NCBI GenBank assembly: GCA_947085095.1
Contig: CAMTVD010000002.1
Location: forward strand, 1 to 64,000
Length of the DNA stretch: 64,000 nucleotides
Reading direction: 5' to 3'
Source of the DNA: an uncultured Thermus sp.
GTDB taxonomy: Bacteria; Deinococcota; Deinococci; Deinococcales; Thermaceae
Shown: positions 30,448-40,500 of the stretch, piece by piece
Position numbering within the stretch: position 1 is the stretch's first letter
How the letters are laid out: each line of letters starts with the position of its first letter
Notes under the pieces: generated by a model
Told to the model about the DNA's origin: nothing
Seen by the model: only the letters and a program-made list of their open reading frames with translations
Databases searched by the model: none
Made by a program: the position numbers and the translations under genes

Positions 30448-30490
30448 ACTATTGCGTTCAAGCCAGAGCCTGTCAAGGGACTGAAGTCCT
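30448..30490 (-). promoter_or_regulatory. Putative nrfHA promoter with adjacent inverted repeat
   Basis: Minus strand TTGACA-17 bp-AATAGT; AGGACT-TC-AGTCCC immediately upstream of the -35. Confidence 0.5.
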
Positions 30491-30592
30491 GGGTCACAGG
30501 TAAGCGTGATTCCCGGACGTGTAGGGCATTCTATGCAAGGACCTCGGTTGGTAAGGTTTCTTTGCCCGGGTTTGGGATGCAGGCTTATTGGG

Positions 30593-31831
30593 TTAGTAGT
30601 AAGCCGAGGGGTCCACGAAGCGGGTTTCCCCGCCCACCCGCACCGCCACCCGGAACTCCAGCTCCTCGGGGCGGATGAGGAGACCGCCCCCGGTGTAGCC
30701 CAGAAGCTGGCCCCGGCTCACCTTCTGGCCCTCGGCCACCAGGGGCTCCTGCAGGTTGGTGTAGACGGTGGAGAGGCTTTCCGTGTGCACCAGCATCACC
30801 GTGTAGCCCAGGTTGGGCAGGTAGAGGATGCCGGCCACGTACCCCTCCGCCGCCGCCTGCACCGGGCTTCCCGGGCTGGGCCCGGAGATCACCTGGAAGG
30901 GCCCCTCTTGCCCGTAGGCCACGGCCACCCTGCCCCCGGGCACGGGGAAGGCCAGGCGGCCTATGGTGGCGGGAAGGGGGGGTGGGGGGACCACCACCTG
31001 GAGGGCGGTCTGCCGCCGCCGCGCCTCCTCTTGGCGCCTTCTTTCCTCCTCCTGGCGCTTTAGCTCCAGAAGGCGCCTTCTTTCCGCCAGGACCTGGGCC
31101 TGGAGCTGGGCCAGGGCGCTTTGCAGGCGTTGGCGCTCGGTGAGGGCGTCCCGCAGGAGGGCCTTCTTGCCTTCTTCTTCCTGTCTAAGGGAGGCCAGGG
31201 TAGCCATGAGGTTTCTCCGCTCCCCTTCCAGCCGGGTCTGGGTTTCCGCCAGGGCCCTTTCCTTGGCTGAGAGGTCGGTGAGGAGGAGCTTAAGGCGCTC
31301 CCTCTCCTCCGTCAGGGCCTTCAGGGTGGCCTGGAGGCGGCGCACCAGGTCGGCGTCCTTCTGGGAGATGTACCCCACCCAGCGGGCCCTAACGGCCAGG
31401 TCGGTGAAGGACTCTGCCCGAAGAAGGGGTAGGTAGCGCCCCGCCCGCTCCCGGTGGAGGCTTCGCATAAGGGCCTGGAGGCGCTCCCTTAGGGCGGCCA
31501 GGTCCCTTTCCAGCTTCTGGATGCGGGCTTCCGCCTCGCCTATGGCCTGCTGCAGACGGGCGATCTCCTGGCGGAGGCCTTTCCGCTCCCTTTCCAAGCG
31601 GGCGATCTCCCCCTCGAGGCGGCCCTTTTCCGTAAGGAGGTTCTGCACCCTCTGGGAGAGGCGGGAAAGCTCCTGGTTGAGCCTCTGGATCCGGGCCTGG
31701 GCTTCCCTTTCCAGCCTTTGGGCCTGGGCGGCCTCGGCCTCGAGGCTCCTCACCCGCTTCTCCTGGGTGGCCACGTCCTGGGCCAGGGCCAGGAGGGCGA
31801 GGGGGAGGAGGAGCCAGCTCCAAAGCCGCAT
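30593..31831 (-). CDS. EnvC-like coiled-coil/M23 (LytM) murein hydrolase activator
   Basis: Signal peptide, long coiled coil, degenerate LytM domain; directly downstream of ftsX. Confidence 0.85.
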   Translation of the reverse strand: MRLWSWLLLPLALLALAQDVATQEKRVRSLEAEAAQAQRLEREAQARIQRLNQELSRLSQRVQNLLTEKGRLEGEIARLERERKGLRQEIARLQQAIGEAEARIQKLERDLAALRERLQALMRSLHRERAGRYLPLLRAESFTDLAVRARWVGYISQKDADLVRRLQATLKALTEERERLKLLLTDLSAKERALAETQTRLEGERRNLMATLASLRQEEEGKKALLRDALTERQRLQSALAQLQAQVLAERRRLLELKRQEEERRRQEEARRRQTALQVVVPPPPLPATIGRLAFPVPGGRVAVAYGQEGPFQVISGPSPGSPVQAAAEGYVAGILYLPNLGYTVMLVHTESLSTVYTNLQEPLVAEGQKVSRGQLLGYTGGGLLIRPEELEFRVAVRVGGETRFVDPSAYY

Positions 31832-31832
31832 C

Positions 31833-32687
31833 CTAGGCCTCCTTCAGATGGGCCCGGCTGGCCATGTAGGCCCCGCCTGCCCCCAGGAGAGCGGCCAGCA
31901 GGAGGACCAGGAGGGCGGTGCGGGCGAGGTCCTCCTGGCCCAGCACGGGCAGGAAGGGGAGGAGCCCCTGGAGGGCCCGGGCCAGGCCCAGGTAAAGCCC
32001 TCCTCCCGCCAGCACCGCAAGCACCCCGGCGCCCAGGGTGAGGAGGATCCCTTCCAGGACGAAGGGGGCCTGGATGAAGCGCCGGGTGGCCCCCACCAGG
32101 AGCATGATCCCCAAGGCTTCCTTGCGGCTTTCCATGGAGAGGCGGATGGCCCCCATGACGCTGAAAAAGGTGTTGAGGAGGAGAAGCCCCACCAGGAGGG
32201 CCATGGCCAGGCGGCTCCCCGAGAGCACCTGCACCAGGCGCTCGGTGAGCTCGCCCCCGTACTCCACCCCCTCCACCCCGGGAAGCCCCTTGAGGCGCTC
32301 TGCCACGGCCCGCACCGCCTCGGGGGTCTTCAGGCGGAGGCGCAGGGTGTCGGGCAGGGGGTTTTCCACCAGGTCCTTGGCCTGGGCCAGGTAGGGGTAG
32401 TCCAAGACCAGCTGGGCCAGGGCCTCTTCCTTGCCCTGGAGGCGCACCTCTCCCACCTCGGGCCAGGCCTGGATCTCGGTGAGGATGGCCTCCACGTTGG
32501 CATTTCCTTGTAAAAAAGCGGCCACTTCCAGCTCCCGCTCCAGGCTCTCCACCACCCTTTCCAGGTTCCAAAGGAGGAGGCCCAGGAAGTAGAGGAGGGC
32601 GAAGGAGACCAAGGCGGTGAAGAAGGTGGCGAGGCTGGCCGTGGGGTGGCGGAGGATCTGCCTTAGCGCCTCGCGGAGGGCGTACAC
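31833..32687 (-). CDS. ftsX: Cell division permease FtsX
   Basis: ENPLPD, IMLLVGATRRFIQAPFVLEG and four TMs. Confidence 0.92.
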   Translation of the reverse strand: MYALREALRQILRHPTASLATFFTALVSFALLYFLGLLLWNLERVVESLERELEVAAFLQGNANVEAILTEIQAWPEVGEVRLQGKEEALAQLVLDYPYLAQAKDLVENPLPDTLRLRLKTPEAVRAVAERLKGLPGVEGVEYGGELTERLVQVLSGSRLAMALLVGLLLLNTFFSVMGAIRLSMESRKEALGIMLLVGATRRFIQAPFVLEGILLTLGAGVLAVLAGGGLYLGLARALQGLLPFLPVLGQEDLARTALLVLLLAALLGAGGAYMASRAHLKEA

Positions 32688-32723
32688 GCCCCCCATCTTA
32701 CGGCCTTGGGATGAGAAGCGCCT

Positions 32724-33209
32724 TTAGCGGGCCTTGTCCCTCAAATAGGCCAGGACGGTGTCCGCGTCCTGGAAGGGGTTGACGCTCCGCCAGATGCGCT
32801 CTATCCGTCCTTCCGGGTTCAGGAGGATGGTATCCCGGCTGTAGAAGCCAAAGAGGTTCCGCACGCCGAAGGCCCGGGCCAGGCGGCCCTCGGGGTCCGG
32901 GATCATCCCCCCTTTGAGGGCCAGCTTCTCCACGAAGTCGCACTGCTCCTGGGCGGGGTCGTGGCTCACTCCGTAGACCCTGGCCCCTAGGCGGGCGAAG
33001 GCCTCGTGGAGCTCGGAGTAGCGCTTGGCCTGGGCGGTGCACCCGGGGCTTTTGGCCTTGGGGTAGAACCAGAGGACCACGTAGCTTCCCCTAAGGTCCG
33101 CGGGGCGGCCATAGCTGTCCTTGGCCTCCAGGATGGGGGCCTTGTCCCCGGGGGCGAGGGCGGCGGCCCGGAGGAACCCCAGGAAGAGGAGAAGGGCGAG
33201 GGTGCGCAT
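32724..33209 (-). CDS. Secreted Bcp-type peroxiredoxin
   Basis: Signal peptide; WFYPKAKSPGCTAQ. Confidence 0.82.
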   Translation of the reverse strand: MRTLALLLFLGFLRAAALAPGDKAPILEAKDSYGRPADLRGSYVVLWFYPKAKSPGCTAQAKRYSELHEAFARLGARVYGVSHDPAQEQCDFVEKLALKGGMIPDPEGRLARAFGVRNLFGFYSRDTILLNPEGRIERIWRSVNPFQDADTVLAYLRDKAR

Positions 33210-33335
33210 AGCCTAAGCCTAAGGGGGGTTGGGTCTGGGAAAGGTGGCGTGGTTGGCAAAGGCTGGCCTGCTCCCTTGCCGCAAAGGGGTGGGGTACCAA
33301 GGTAAGGGCATGCGGGCAGAGGTGCGCCCCTGCTC

Positions 33336-34430
33336 TTAGGGCACATTTGGCCGGAAGAGGGCCTTGCCCCTGGCCCTGAGGGCCTCTTGCCACGCCTCCA
33401 GGGGGAAGACCCCGCCCACGAGGCCCTCGAGGCCCTCAAGCTCCTTGAGGAGGGCCACCGCCTCCTTGAACTCCTCCCGGGTGTAGGTGTAGCTCCCCAG
33501 GAGGGCCACCTCCTTGAACCAGAAGGGGGAGAGGTCCGCCCACTCCAGGCCCGGGGCCCCCAGGAGGAGGACCCTCCCCCCTTCTTCCGCCAGGGTAAGG
33601 GCCTCCCGGAAGCCCTTCCCGCTTCCCGAGGCCTCCACCACCCAGGGAAAGCCCCCCCGGTGGCCCGCGAAGAGGAGGTAGCGGTAGCGCTTCGCCCTTT
33701 CCTGGAGGGCCTCCTTGGCGCTCCCGTAGACCAGGTCCGCCCCGAAGGCCCTTGCCCTCTCCGCCTGGTGGGGGTACTTGGCCACGGCGTACACCTTTCC
33801 CGCGAAGCCCAAGGCCCGGAGGAGGCGCACCGCCATGAGGCCGATGGTCCCCATGCCCAGGATGAGGACCTCCTCCGGCCAGGGCCAAAGCCTCTTGAGC
33901 CCCCGCAGGACCACGGCCAGGGGCTCGGCCAGGACCGCCCGCTCGTCCGGGACCCCGTCCGGGATGGGGTAGAGGCGCTCCTCCCGCGCGAAGACCCACT
34001 CCCCCCACCCCCCGGGCAGGTCCCGGTTGTAGCCCAGCATCCCCGGGGCCAGGACCCCTTCCGCCACGTTCTGGCAAAGCCCCTCCTCCCCCCGCTGGCA
34101 CATGGGGCAAGGGGGCAGGCCCCGGTCGGCGCAGGCGAGGAGGGGGTTCACCGCCACCCTCTCCCCCTCCACCTCCCCCAGGACCTCGTGGCCCAAAACG
34201 GCGGGAAAGGAGAAGAAGGGGCTGATGGTGGGGGGGCTTTTCCCGTAGAGGAGGGCCAGGTCCGAGCCGCAGACCCCGGAGAGGAGGACCCTGACCTTGA
34301 GGAAGCCCGGCCTCTCGGGAAGGGGGACCTCCTCCAGCTTCAAGGGTAGAAGCCCCTTGGGAAAGCGCTTTCCCAAAAGCCTGGCCCCGAAGAAGCGGGG
34401 GAGGGAGGGGGTGTAGCGGAGGGCCTTCAT
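33336..34430 (-). CDS. Zn-dependent medium-chain alcohol dehydrogenase
   Basis: GVCGSD, GHE, structural Zn cysteines and GMGTIG. Confidence 0.88.
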   Translation of the reverse strand: MKALRYTPSLPRFFGARLLGKRFPKGLLPLKLEEVPLPERPGFLKVRVLLSGVCGSDLALLYGKSPPTISPFFSFPAVLGHEVLGEVEGERVAVNPLLACADRGLPPCPMCQRGEEGLCQNVAEGVLAPGMLGYNRDLPGGWGEWVFAREERLYPIPDGVPDERAVLAEPLAVVLRGLKRLWPWPEEVLILGMGTIGLMAVRLLRALGFAGKVYAVAKYPHQAERARAFGADLVYGSAKEALQERAKRYRYLLFAGHRGGFPWVVEASGSGKGFREALTLAEEGGRVLLLGAPGLEWADLSPFWFKEVALLGSYTYTREEFKEAVALLKELEGLEGLVGGVFPLEAWQEALRARGKALFRPNVP

Positions 34431-35488
34431 GTCATGGGCACGGTGCGGATGAGCTTGCCATCAATCCTTTCCAGGATCTCCTCCAGGCTCCGGCCGGTGA
34501 TGGTGAGGCCGTGGTTCCTGAGGCCCACCACCGCCCGGGTGGGGTCAGGGGCCTCCCGCACCTTCTCCGCCACCGCCTGGGCGAGCTCATACGTGCCGCA
34601 GGGGTAGTTGAAGGGGGTGGCGGGGACTCCCTCCATCCAGGCGTGGACGTGGAGGATGGCCCCCACCCCGGGGTGTTCCCGGTAGATCATCCAGTGCTCA
34701 ATGGCGTCCACGCTCACCCGCCGGGGCTCCACCTGGGGCGGCACCGAGAGGAGGATGGCGTTTTTCTCGGGATCGTAGTCCTTCACCATGAGGATGTCCC
34801 GGCCGATCTCCTTGAGGTTCGCCTTGTCCACCCCGCTCGCCGACATCCAGAAGCGCCTTGCGTCCTTGCGCACGGAGAGGTTTCCGTAGGAAAGCCCCCC
34901 GATGCCGTAGAGCCTTTTCACGTGGCGGAGGTCCTCAGGAGGGAGGATCTCCTCTATGGGGAAGGGGGCGGGGAGGAGGTCCCACTCCTTGAGCTTCTTC
35001 CCCGCCCGGTACATGCTCTCCGTGAGCTCGTCTCCCTGCCAAAGCTCGGGCTCCAGGTCGGGGTCAAAGACGTTGGTGATGACCAGGCGGCTGCAGGCGA
35101 TGGGCCTGAGGCGGCTCGCCACCCGCTCATGGAAGCCTTCCCCCTCCATCTCCCGGTAATGGCCCAGCTCCAGGGTGAGGAAGGCCACCCCTTCCCCGGG
35201 CACGTAGGCCAGGAGGACGTTGGAGAGGGATCGGACCAGGTAAGGGTAGAGGGTCTTGATGGGCTCCTGGGGAAACTGGGGAAGCTCCAGGACCGAGGCC
35301 ACGAAGGTGGCCTGGGCCTTGCGGCGGTAGGGCTTGGGGTTCTCCTGCGTGATGGCGTTCAGGACCAGGTTGGGGGCCTCGGCATTGGGGTCATGGCGGA
35401 ACCCCTGGGCCTCCAAGGCCCGCCCCACCCCCTCCAGGAGGCTTTGAACCCTGGGTGTCGGCTCGCCGTTAATGAGGTACTTCCACAT
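34427..35488 (-). CDS. Class II aldolase/adducin-family protein with extra N-terminal domain
   Basis: YGNLSVR, SVDAIEH, ILHVH and LRNHG. Confidence 0.85.
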   Translation of the reverse strand: MWKYLINGEPTPRVQSLLEGVGRALEAQGFRHDPNAEAPNLVLNAITQENPKPYRRKAQATFVASVLELPQFPQEPIKTLYPYLVRSLSNVLLAYVPGEGVAFLTLELGHYREMEGEGFHERVASRLRPIACSRLVITNVFDPDLEPELWQGDELTESMYRAGKKLKEWDLLPAPFPIEEILPPEDLRHVKRLYGIGGLSYGNLSVRKDARRFWMSASGVDKANLKEIGRDILMVKDYDPEKNAILLSVPPQVEPRRVSVDAIEHWMIYREHPGVGAILHVHAWMEGVPATPFNYPCGTYELAQAVAEKVREAPDPTRAVVGLRNHGLTITGRSLEEILERIDGKLIRTVPMT

Positions 35489-35532
35489 GCTCCCTCCTTG
35501 TCCTGCCCTTAAGGCTACCGCATACTGGGCCT

Positions 35533-36507
35533 GTGGCGGAAGTCCTGCGGGTGCCCTTTGCGGGTCTTAGGGTGGGGCACTTCACCGACCTCGAGGCCCT
35601 CACCGGGTGCACGGTCCTCCTCCTGGAGGAGGGGGCGGTGGCGGCGGTGGATGTCCGGGGGGCGGCCCCGGGAACCAGGGAGACGGACCTCCTGGCCCCG
35701 GAGAACACGGTGGAAAGGATCCAGGCCCTCCTCCTCACCGGGGGAAGCGCCTTCGGCCTGGCGGCGGCCGAGGGGGTGGTGCGCTACCTCCGGGAAAGGG
35801 GCCTGGGGTTTCCCACCCCCGCGGGCCCGGTGCCCATCGTCCCCGCCGCCGTGCTCTACGACCTGGGGCGGGGTAAGGCTTTTAGGCCCCCGGGGGCGGA
35901 AGCGGGGTACCTGGCCGCCCTGGCCGCGGGGGAGGAGGTGGCCGAGGGGAGCGTGGGGGCGGGTACCGGGGCCCTGGCGGGCGGGGTCAAGGGGGGCCTG
36001 GGGATGGCGGGCTACCGCCTGGAGGAGGGGTACGGGGTTTGGGCCCTGGTGGCGGTGAACAGCCTGGGCCGCCCCTTTGACCCTCTCACGGGCAGGCTCT
36101 ACGCCGAGGCTTTCCTCAGCGAGGAGGAGCGGGGGCTTCTTCCTGACCTCTCCCGCTACCGGGGCCAGCCCGAAGACTACCGCTACCCCTTCTTGATGGG
36201 CCAGAACACCACCCTGGCGGCGGTGGTCACGGACGCTCCCCTCAGCAAGGCCCAGTCCAGGCGCCTGGCCATCATGGCCCAGGACGGGATCGCCCGCGCC
36301 CTCCGCCCCGCCCACACCCCTTTGGACGGGGACCTGGTCTTCGCCCTGGCCCTGGGGGACGGGCGGGGGGTGGGGCTTCCCCTCCTCCTCCGCCTGGGGG
36401 CCTACGCCGCGGATGCCCTCGCCCGGGCCATCGCCCGGGGGGTGCTCCTGGCCGAGGGCCTGGGCCTGCCCACCTACCGGGAGCTAGCGGCCGGGGAAGG
36501 GGCTTAG
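35533..36507 (+). CDS. P1/S58 family peptidase (DmpA-like)
   Basis: RGAAPGTRE, GGSAFGL, NTT and HTPLDGD. Confidence 0.9.
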   Translation: MAEVLRVPFAGLRVGHFTDLEALTGCTVLLLEEGAVAAVDVRGAAPGTRETDLLAPENTVERIQALLLTGGSAFGLAAAEGVVRYLRERGLGFPTPAGPVPIVPAAVLYDLGRGKAFRPPGAEAGYLAALAAGEEVAEGSVGAGTGALAGGVKGGLGMAGYRLEEGYGVWALVAVNSLGRPFDPLTGRLYAEAFLSEEERGLLPDLSRYRGQPEDYRYPFLMGQNTTLAAVVTDAPLSKAQSRRLAIMAQDGIARALRPAHTPLDGDLVFALALGDGRGVGLPLLLRLGAYAADALARAIARGVLLAEGLGLPTYRELAAGEGA

Positions 36508-37491
36508 CGTGACCTCCACCTGGAACACTTCCCCACCTCGGCGCACGGTGAGGCTAATGCGGTCCCCCACCTGGTGGCGGCGCACCTCGCGGAGGAGGTC
36601 TTCAAAGGTGTTGACGGGGACTCCCGCCACCTCCAGGATCACGTCGGGTACCCCGCCCGATTCCAGGCCCCGAAGCCCCGCCCGCTGGGCGGCCCCGCCC
36701 GGCACCACCTCCCCCACCACCACCCCTCCAGGGGGAAGGCCCAGCTCCCGGGCGAGCTCGGGGGTCAGGGCCCGGGGGCCCCGGAGGCCCAGGTAGGGCC
36801 AGTAGCTCCGCTCCCCCCTCTCCAGGGCCAAAAGGACCTCTCCCCGGCCGAAGAGGGGGGTGAAGTAGCTGCGGAAGCCCTCCTCCGTCTGGCCGATGGC
36901 CACGGCCACGCCGAGGACCTTGCCCTCGGCGTCCAGGACCGGCCCCCCCGAGTCCCCGGGGGAGAGGGGAAGGGAGGTCTCCACCAGCCCCTGGGGGAGA
37001 AAGGCGGAGGGGCTGGTCTGAAGGCGGATCACCCGGCCATAGCGGGGGGCGATGAACTGGCCCCGGCCGTTGCCGATGTGGAGGATGGCCTCCCCCGCCT
37101 CGGGCCGCCGCACCGTCTCCAGGGGGAGGGGCGGGGCGGGCGGGGAGGCCTCGGTGGCCAGGACCGCCAGGTCCAGGGGTTCGGCGAAGCCCAGGAGGCG
37201 GGCCTCCTTACGGGTACGGTCCGCCAGGAAGAGGGTGAAAGGCCCCCCCTCGGCCACCACGTGGTAGGCGGTGAGGACGAGGCCTTGGGCGTAGAAGAAG
37301 CCCGTGCCCCGGCCACCTTCGGGGCCCTCTATCCGCAGGACGGCGGGGTGGGCTTTGGTGTAGACCTCCTGCAGGGTTTCCGGACCCGCTTGGATGGGCT
37401 CGGTCCAGAGGACCGGGGGTCCCTTGGTGAGGAGGAGGTTCAGGGCGAGGAGGAGGGGCAGGAGGAGGATAAGGCCGCCCAGTTTCCGCAT
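36484..37491 (-). CDS. S1C (HtrA-like) serine protease with PDZ
   Basis: TAYHVV, DLAVL, PGDSGGP and a C-terminal PDZ. Confidence 0.88.
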   Translation of the reverse strand: MRKLGGLILLLPLLLALNLLLTKGPPVLWTEPIQAGPETLQEVYTKAHPAVLRIEGPEGGRGTGFFYAQGLVLTAYHVVAEGGPFTLFLADRTRKEARLLGFAEPLDLAVLATEASPPAPPLPLETVRRPEAGEAILHIGNGRGQFIAPRYGRVIRLQTSPSAFLPQGLVETSLPLSPGDSGGPVLDAEGKVLGVAVAIGQTEEGFRSYFTPLFGRGEVLLALERGERSYWPYLGLRGPRALTPELARELGLPPGGVVVGEVVPGGAAQRAGLRGLESGGVPDVILEVAGVPVNTFEDLLREVRRHQVGDRISLTVRRGGEVFQVEVTLSPFPGR

Positions 37492-37555
37492 ACCCTCATT
37501 CTGGCCCCAGGTTCTGGCAAGAGGGTGGCCCCGGGCACGTTCGGGACCCTCTGGC

Positions 37556-40500
37556 CTAAAGGCCTTCTTCCTCCACCAGGCGCAGGAAGGCGGTTACCAC
37601 TTCGGGGTCAAACTGCTTGCTCGCCTGCTCCTGGAGGTAGGCCAAGGCTTTCGCCCGGGGCCAGGCGCGGCGGTAGGGCCGGTCGGAGGTGAGGGCATCG
37701 TAGACGTCCACCACGGCGAAGATTCGGGCAGGAAACGGGATGGCTTCCCCTTTCAGGCCCCGGGGGTAGCCGGAGCCGTCCCAGCGCTCGTGGTGGGCGT
37801 AGGGGATCTCCAGGGCCTTCCTGAGGAAGGGGATGCCGGAGAGCCACTCGTGGGCGTAGACGGGGTGCTTTCTCATCACCGCCCACTCCTCCTCGGTGAG
37901 AGGGCCGGGCTTGAGGAGGATGGCGTCGGGAATCCCCAGCTTGCCCACATCGTGGAGGATGGCCCCCCGCCGGATGTGCTCCAGGTCCTCCTCGGGCACC
38001 CCCAGGGCCAGGGCCAGGCGCAGGGTGAGCTCCGTGACCCGCTCCGTGTGGCCCGCGGTTTCCTGGTCCCGGAGCTCCACGGCCTTGGCCCAGCCCCAGA
38101 GGGTGAGGTCGTACGCAGCTTCCAGTTCCCGCTGGCTCCGTTGCAGGGCCTGAAAGGTGAGGGCGTTGTCCAGGGCGATGGTCCCCTGGCCCACCAGGGC
38201 CTCGAGGAACTCCTCCTCTTCGGGGGCCAGGTCCCAGGGCCTGCGGGTGAAGGCAGCCAGGACCCCCAGAAGCCGCCCCTTGGCGAAGAGGGGGTAAGCC
38301 TCTTCGGCGACCAGACCCTCCTCCAGGGTGAAGCTGGGGTGGGCCCCCGGTTCCTGGGAAAGGTCCGCCACCTGGACCACCCGCCCCTCCAAGGCCGCCC
38401 GGCCCACGTGCCCCACCCCCAAGGGGATGCGCTGGGGTAGGCGGTCCTTGGGGGTCAGGAAGCCCTTGGCCCCCTGCAGGACCAGGGCTTTTTCCTCCTT
38501 GCGGTAGAGGAAGAGGGCCACCGCATCCAGGGGCAGGCGGAGGGCCTGGGCCAGAAAGACCTCCAGGGTGGGCCCCAGGTCCAAGGAGGCGGCGGTGGCC
38601 TGGTCCACGGCCCTGAGGGCTTCCAGATGCTCCAGCCGCTGGGCCAGCTTCTCGCGCAGGCTTGCCCTACGGAAAGCGTTGCCCATGGCCTCGGCCAGGA
38701 TCTGGGCCCGCTCCACCTCCCTGGGCCCAGGAATGTGGGGATGGGGCCAGGAGAGGAGGAGCACCCCGACGGCCTCCTTTCCCGCCAAAAGGGGGAGGGC
38801 CAGGCCGCTATGGCCCTCGGGGATGAGGGGCCGGGCGACCTCCCGGGTGCGGGGGTCGTTCTTGAGGTCGGGGCTCAGGACCACCTCCCCGGCCAGGGCC
38901 CGGGCCACCAGGCTCTTCTCGGCGGGGGTAGGGGCGGGGGGAAGGCCCTCCAGCCATCCCCGGCAGACCTCCGCGGCGAGCCTCGGGGGGTTGCCTTCGT
39001 AGAGGAGCAGGCCACCGGCCTGGGCCTCCAGGATGGCCATCGCCGTGTCCAGGCCCCGTTCCATCATCTCCTTTAGGTCCTGGCTTTGCCTTAGGGCTAT
39101 ACTCAGCCGGGCGAAGCCCTCGAGGGTGAGTTCCCGCTCCTTGGCCTCGGTGATGTCCAGGCCTATCCCCAGAATGGCGGGCTTCCCCGAAAGCTCCACC
39201 CGGGCGGCGGAGAAGTCCAGCCAGCGCACCTCCCCTTCTTTGGTCAGGATGCGGAAGGGGTAGTGGACGGGCACACCTTCCCCCCGGAGGCGGGCCAGGC
39301 CCTGCTTCCGGACCAGCTCCCGGTCCTGGGGGTGGACGAACTCCCAGATGGGCCGGGATCGCACCTCCTCCAGGGAGTACCCCGTGAGGCGCAGGGCTTC
39401 AGGGTTGACGTAGACCAGCCGGGCGGTTTCGGGCTGCTCAGCGCTTTCCGCCTGCCAGATCAGGATGAAGGCTGGGGCGGTTTCCGCCAGGGTGCGGAAG
39501 CGGGCTTCTGACTCGCGGAGGGCGGCTTCCCGCTTTTTTTCCTCGGTGGAATCCCGCTTGATGGCGATAAAGTGGGTGATTTCCCCGTTTTCTTGCACCG
39601 GGGTGATGGTCATGCGCTCCGTGTAAAGGGAGCCGTCCTTGCGGCGGTTCACGATCTCGCCCCGCCACACCTGGCCGGAAAGGATGGTGTCCCAGAGGTG
39701 TTTGAAAAAGGCCTGGTCATGAACCCCGGACTTGAGGAACCGGGGGTTCTTGCCCAAGGCCTCCTCGGGGGCGTACCCCGTCATCTGGGTGAAGGCGGGG
39801 TTTGTCCACAGGATGCGCCCCTCGCGGTCGGTGAGGAGCATGGCCTCGTGAGAGGCTTGTAGGGCCCTTTCCAGAAGCCTCCGGGTGGCCTCAGCCTGGA
39901 GCTTTTCGGTGATGTCTATGGCCACCACCAGGACGGCAGGCCGGTTGGCGTATTCTATGGCGTGGGAGTGGATTTCCACCAGGATTTCCCGGCCGTCCTT
40001 GAGCCGGTGGGTCCAGGGTCCGGAGTGTTCCAGGGGTTTTCGGGGCCCCTTGAGGTTTTCCAGCAACCTCTGCCTCTCCCTCTCTGGGCGTATCTGGAGG
40101 ATGTTCATGGAAAGGAACTCTTCCCGGGTGTACCCGTACTTGGTTGTGGCCGCCTCGTTGACCTCCAGGAAGCGGTAGGTTTCCAGGTTGTAGACCCACA
40201 TGGGCAGGGGATGGGCCTGAAAGAGGAGGCGAAAGCGCTCTTCCTGGGCTGTCTCTAGGGTTACGTCGTAGGTGTAGCCGGTGAGGAGGTGGGTTTCCGG
40301 GTAGTAGATGACCGTGTCCCGGAGCCAGACCCAGGCCCCTTTCGTTCCGTGGCGAAAGCGGTAGGTGTGAACCTGCACTTCACCTGGCTCCGCTACCGCC
40401 CGGCGGCCGGTGGCCTCGAGCCCGGCCCGGTCCTCGGGATGGACTTGGGAAAAGAAAAAGGCGGGGTCGGCGAGGAGGCGTTCCACCGGGTAGCCCAGGA

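Noticed and set aside
30506..31063. Plus-strand ORF crossing the nrfH-envC gap
   Set aside because: Mostly antisense to the envC-like gene, with no recognisable motifs.
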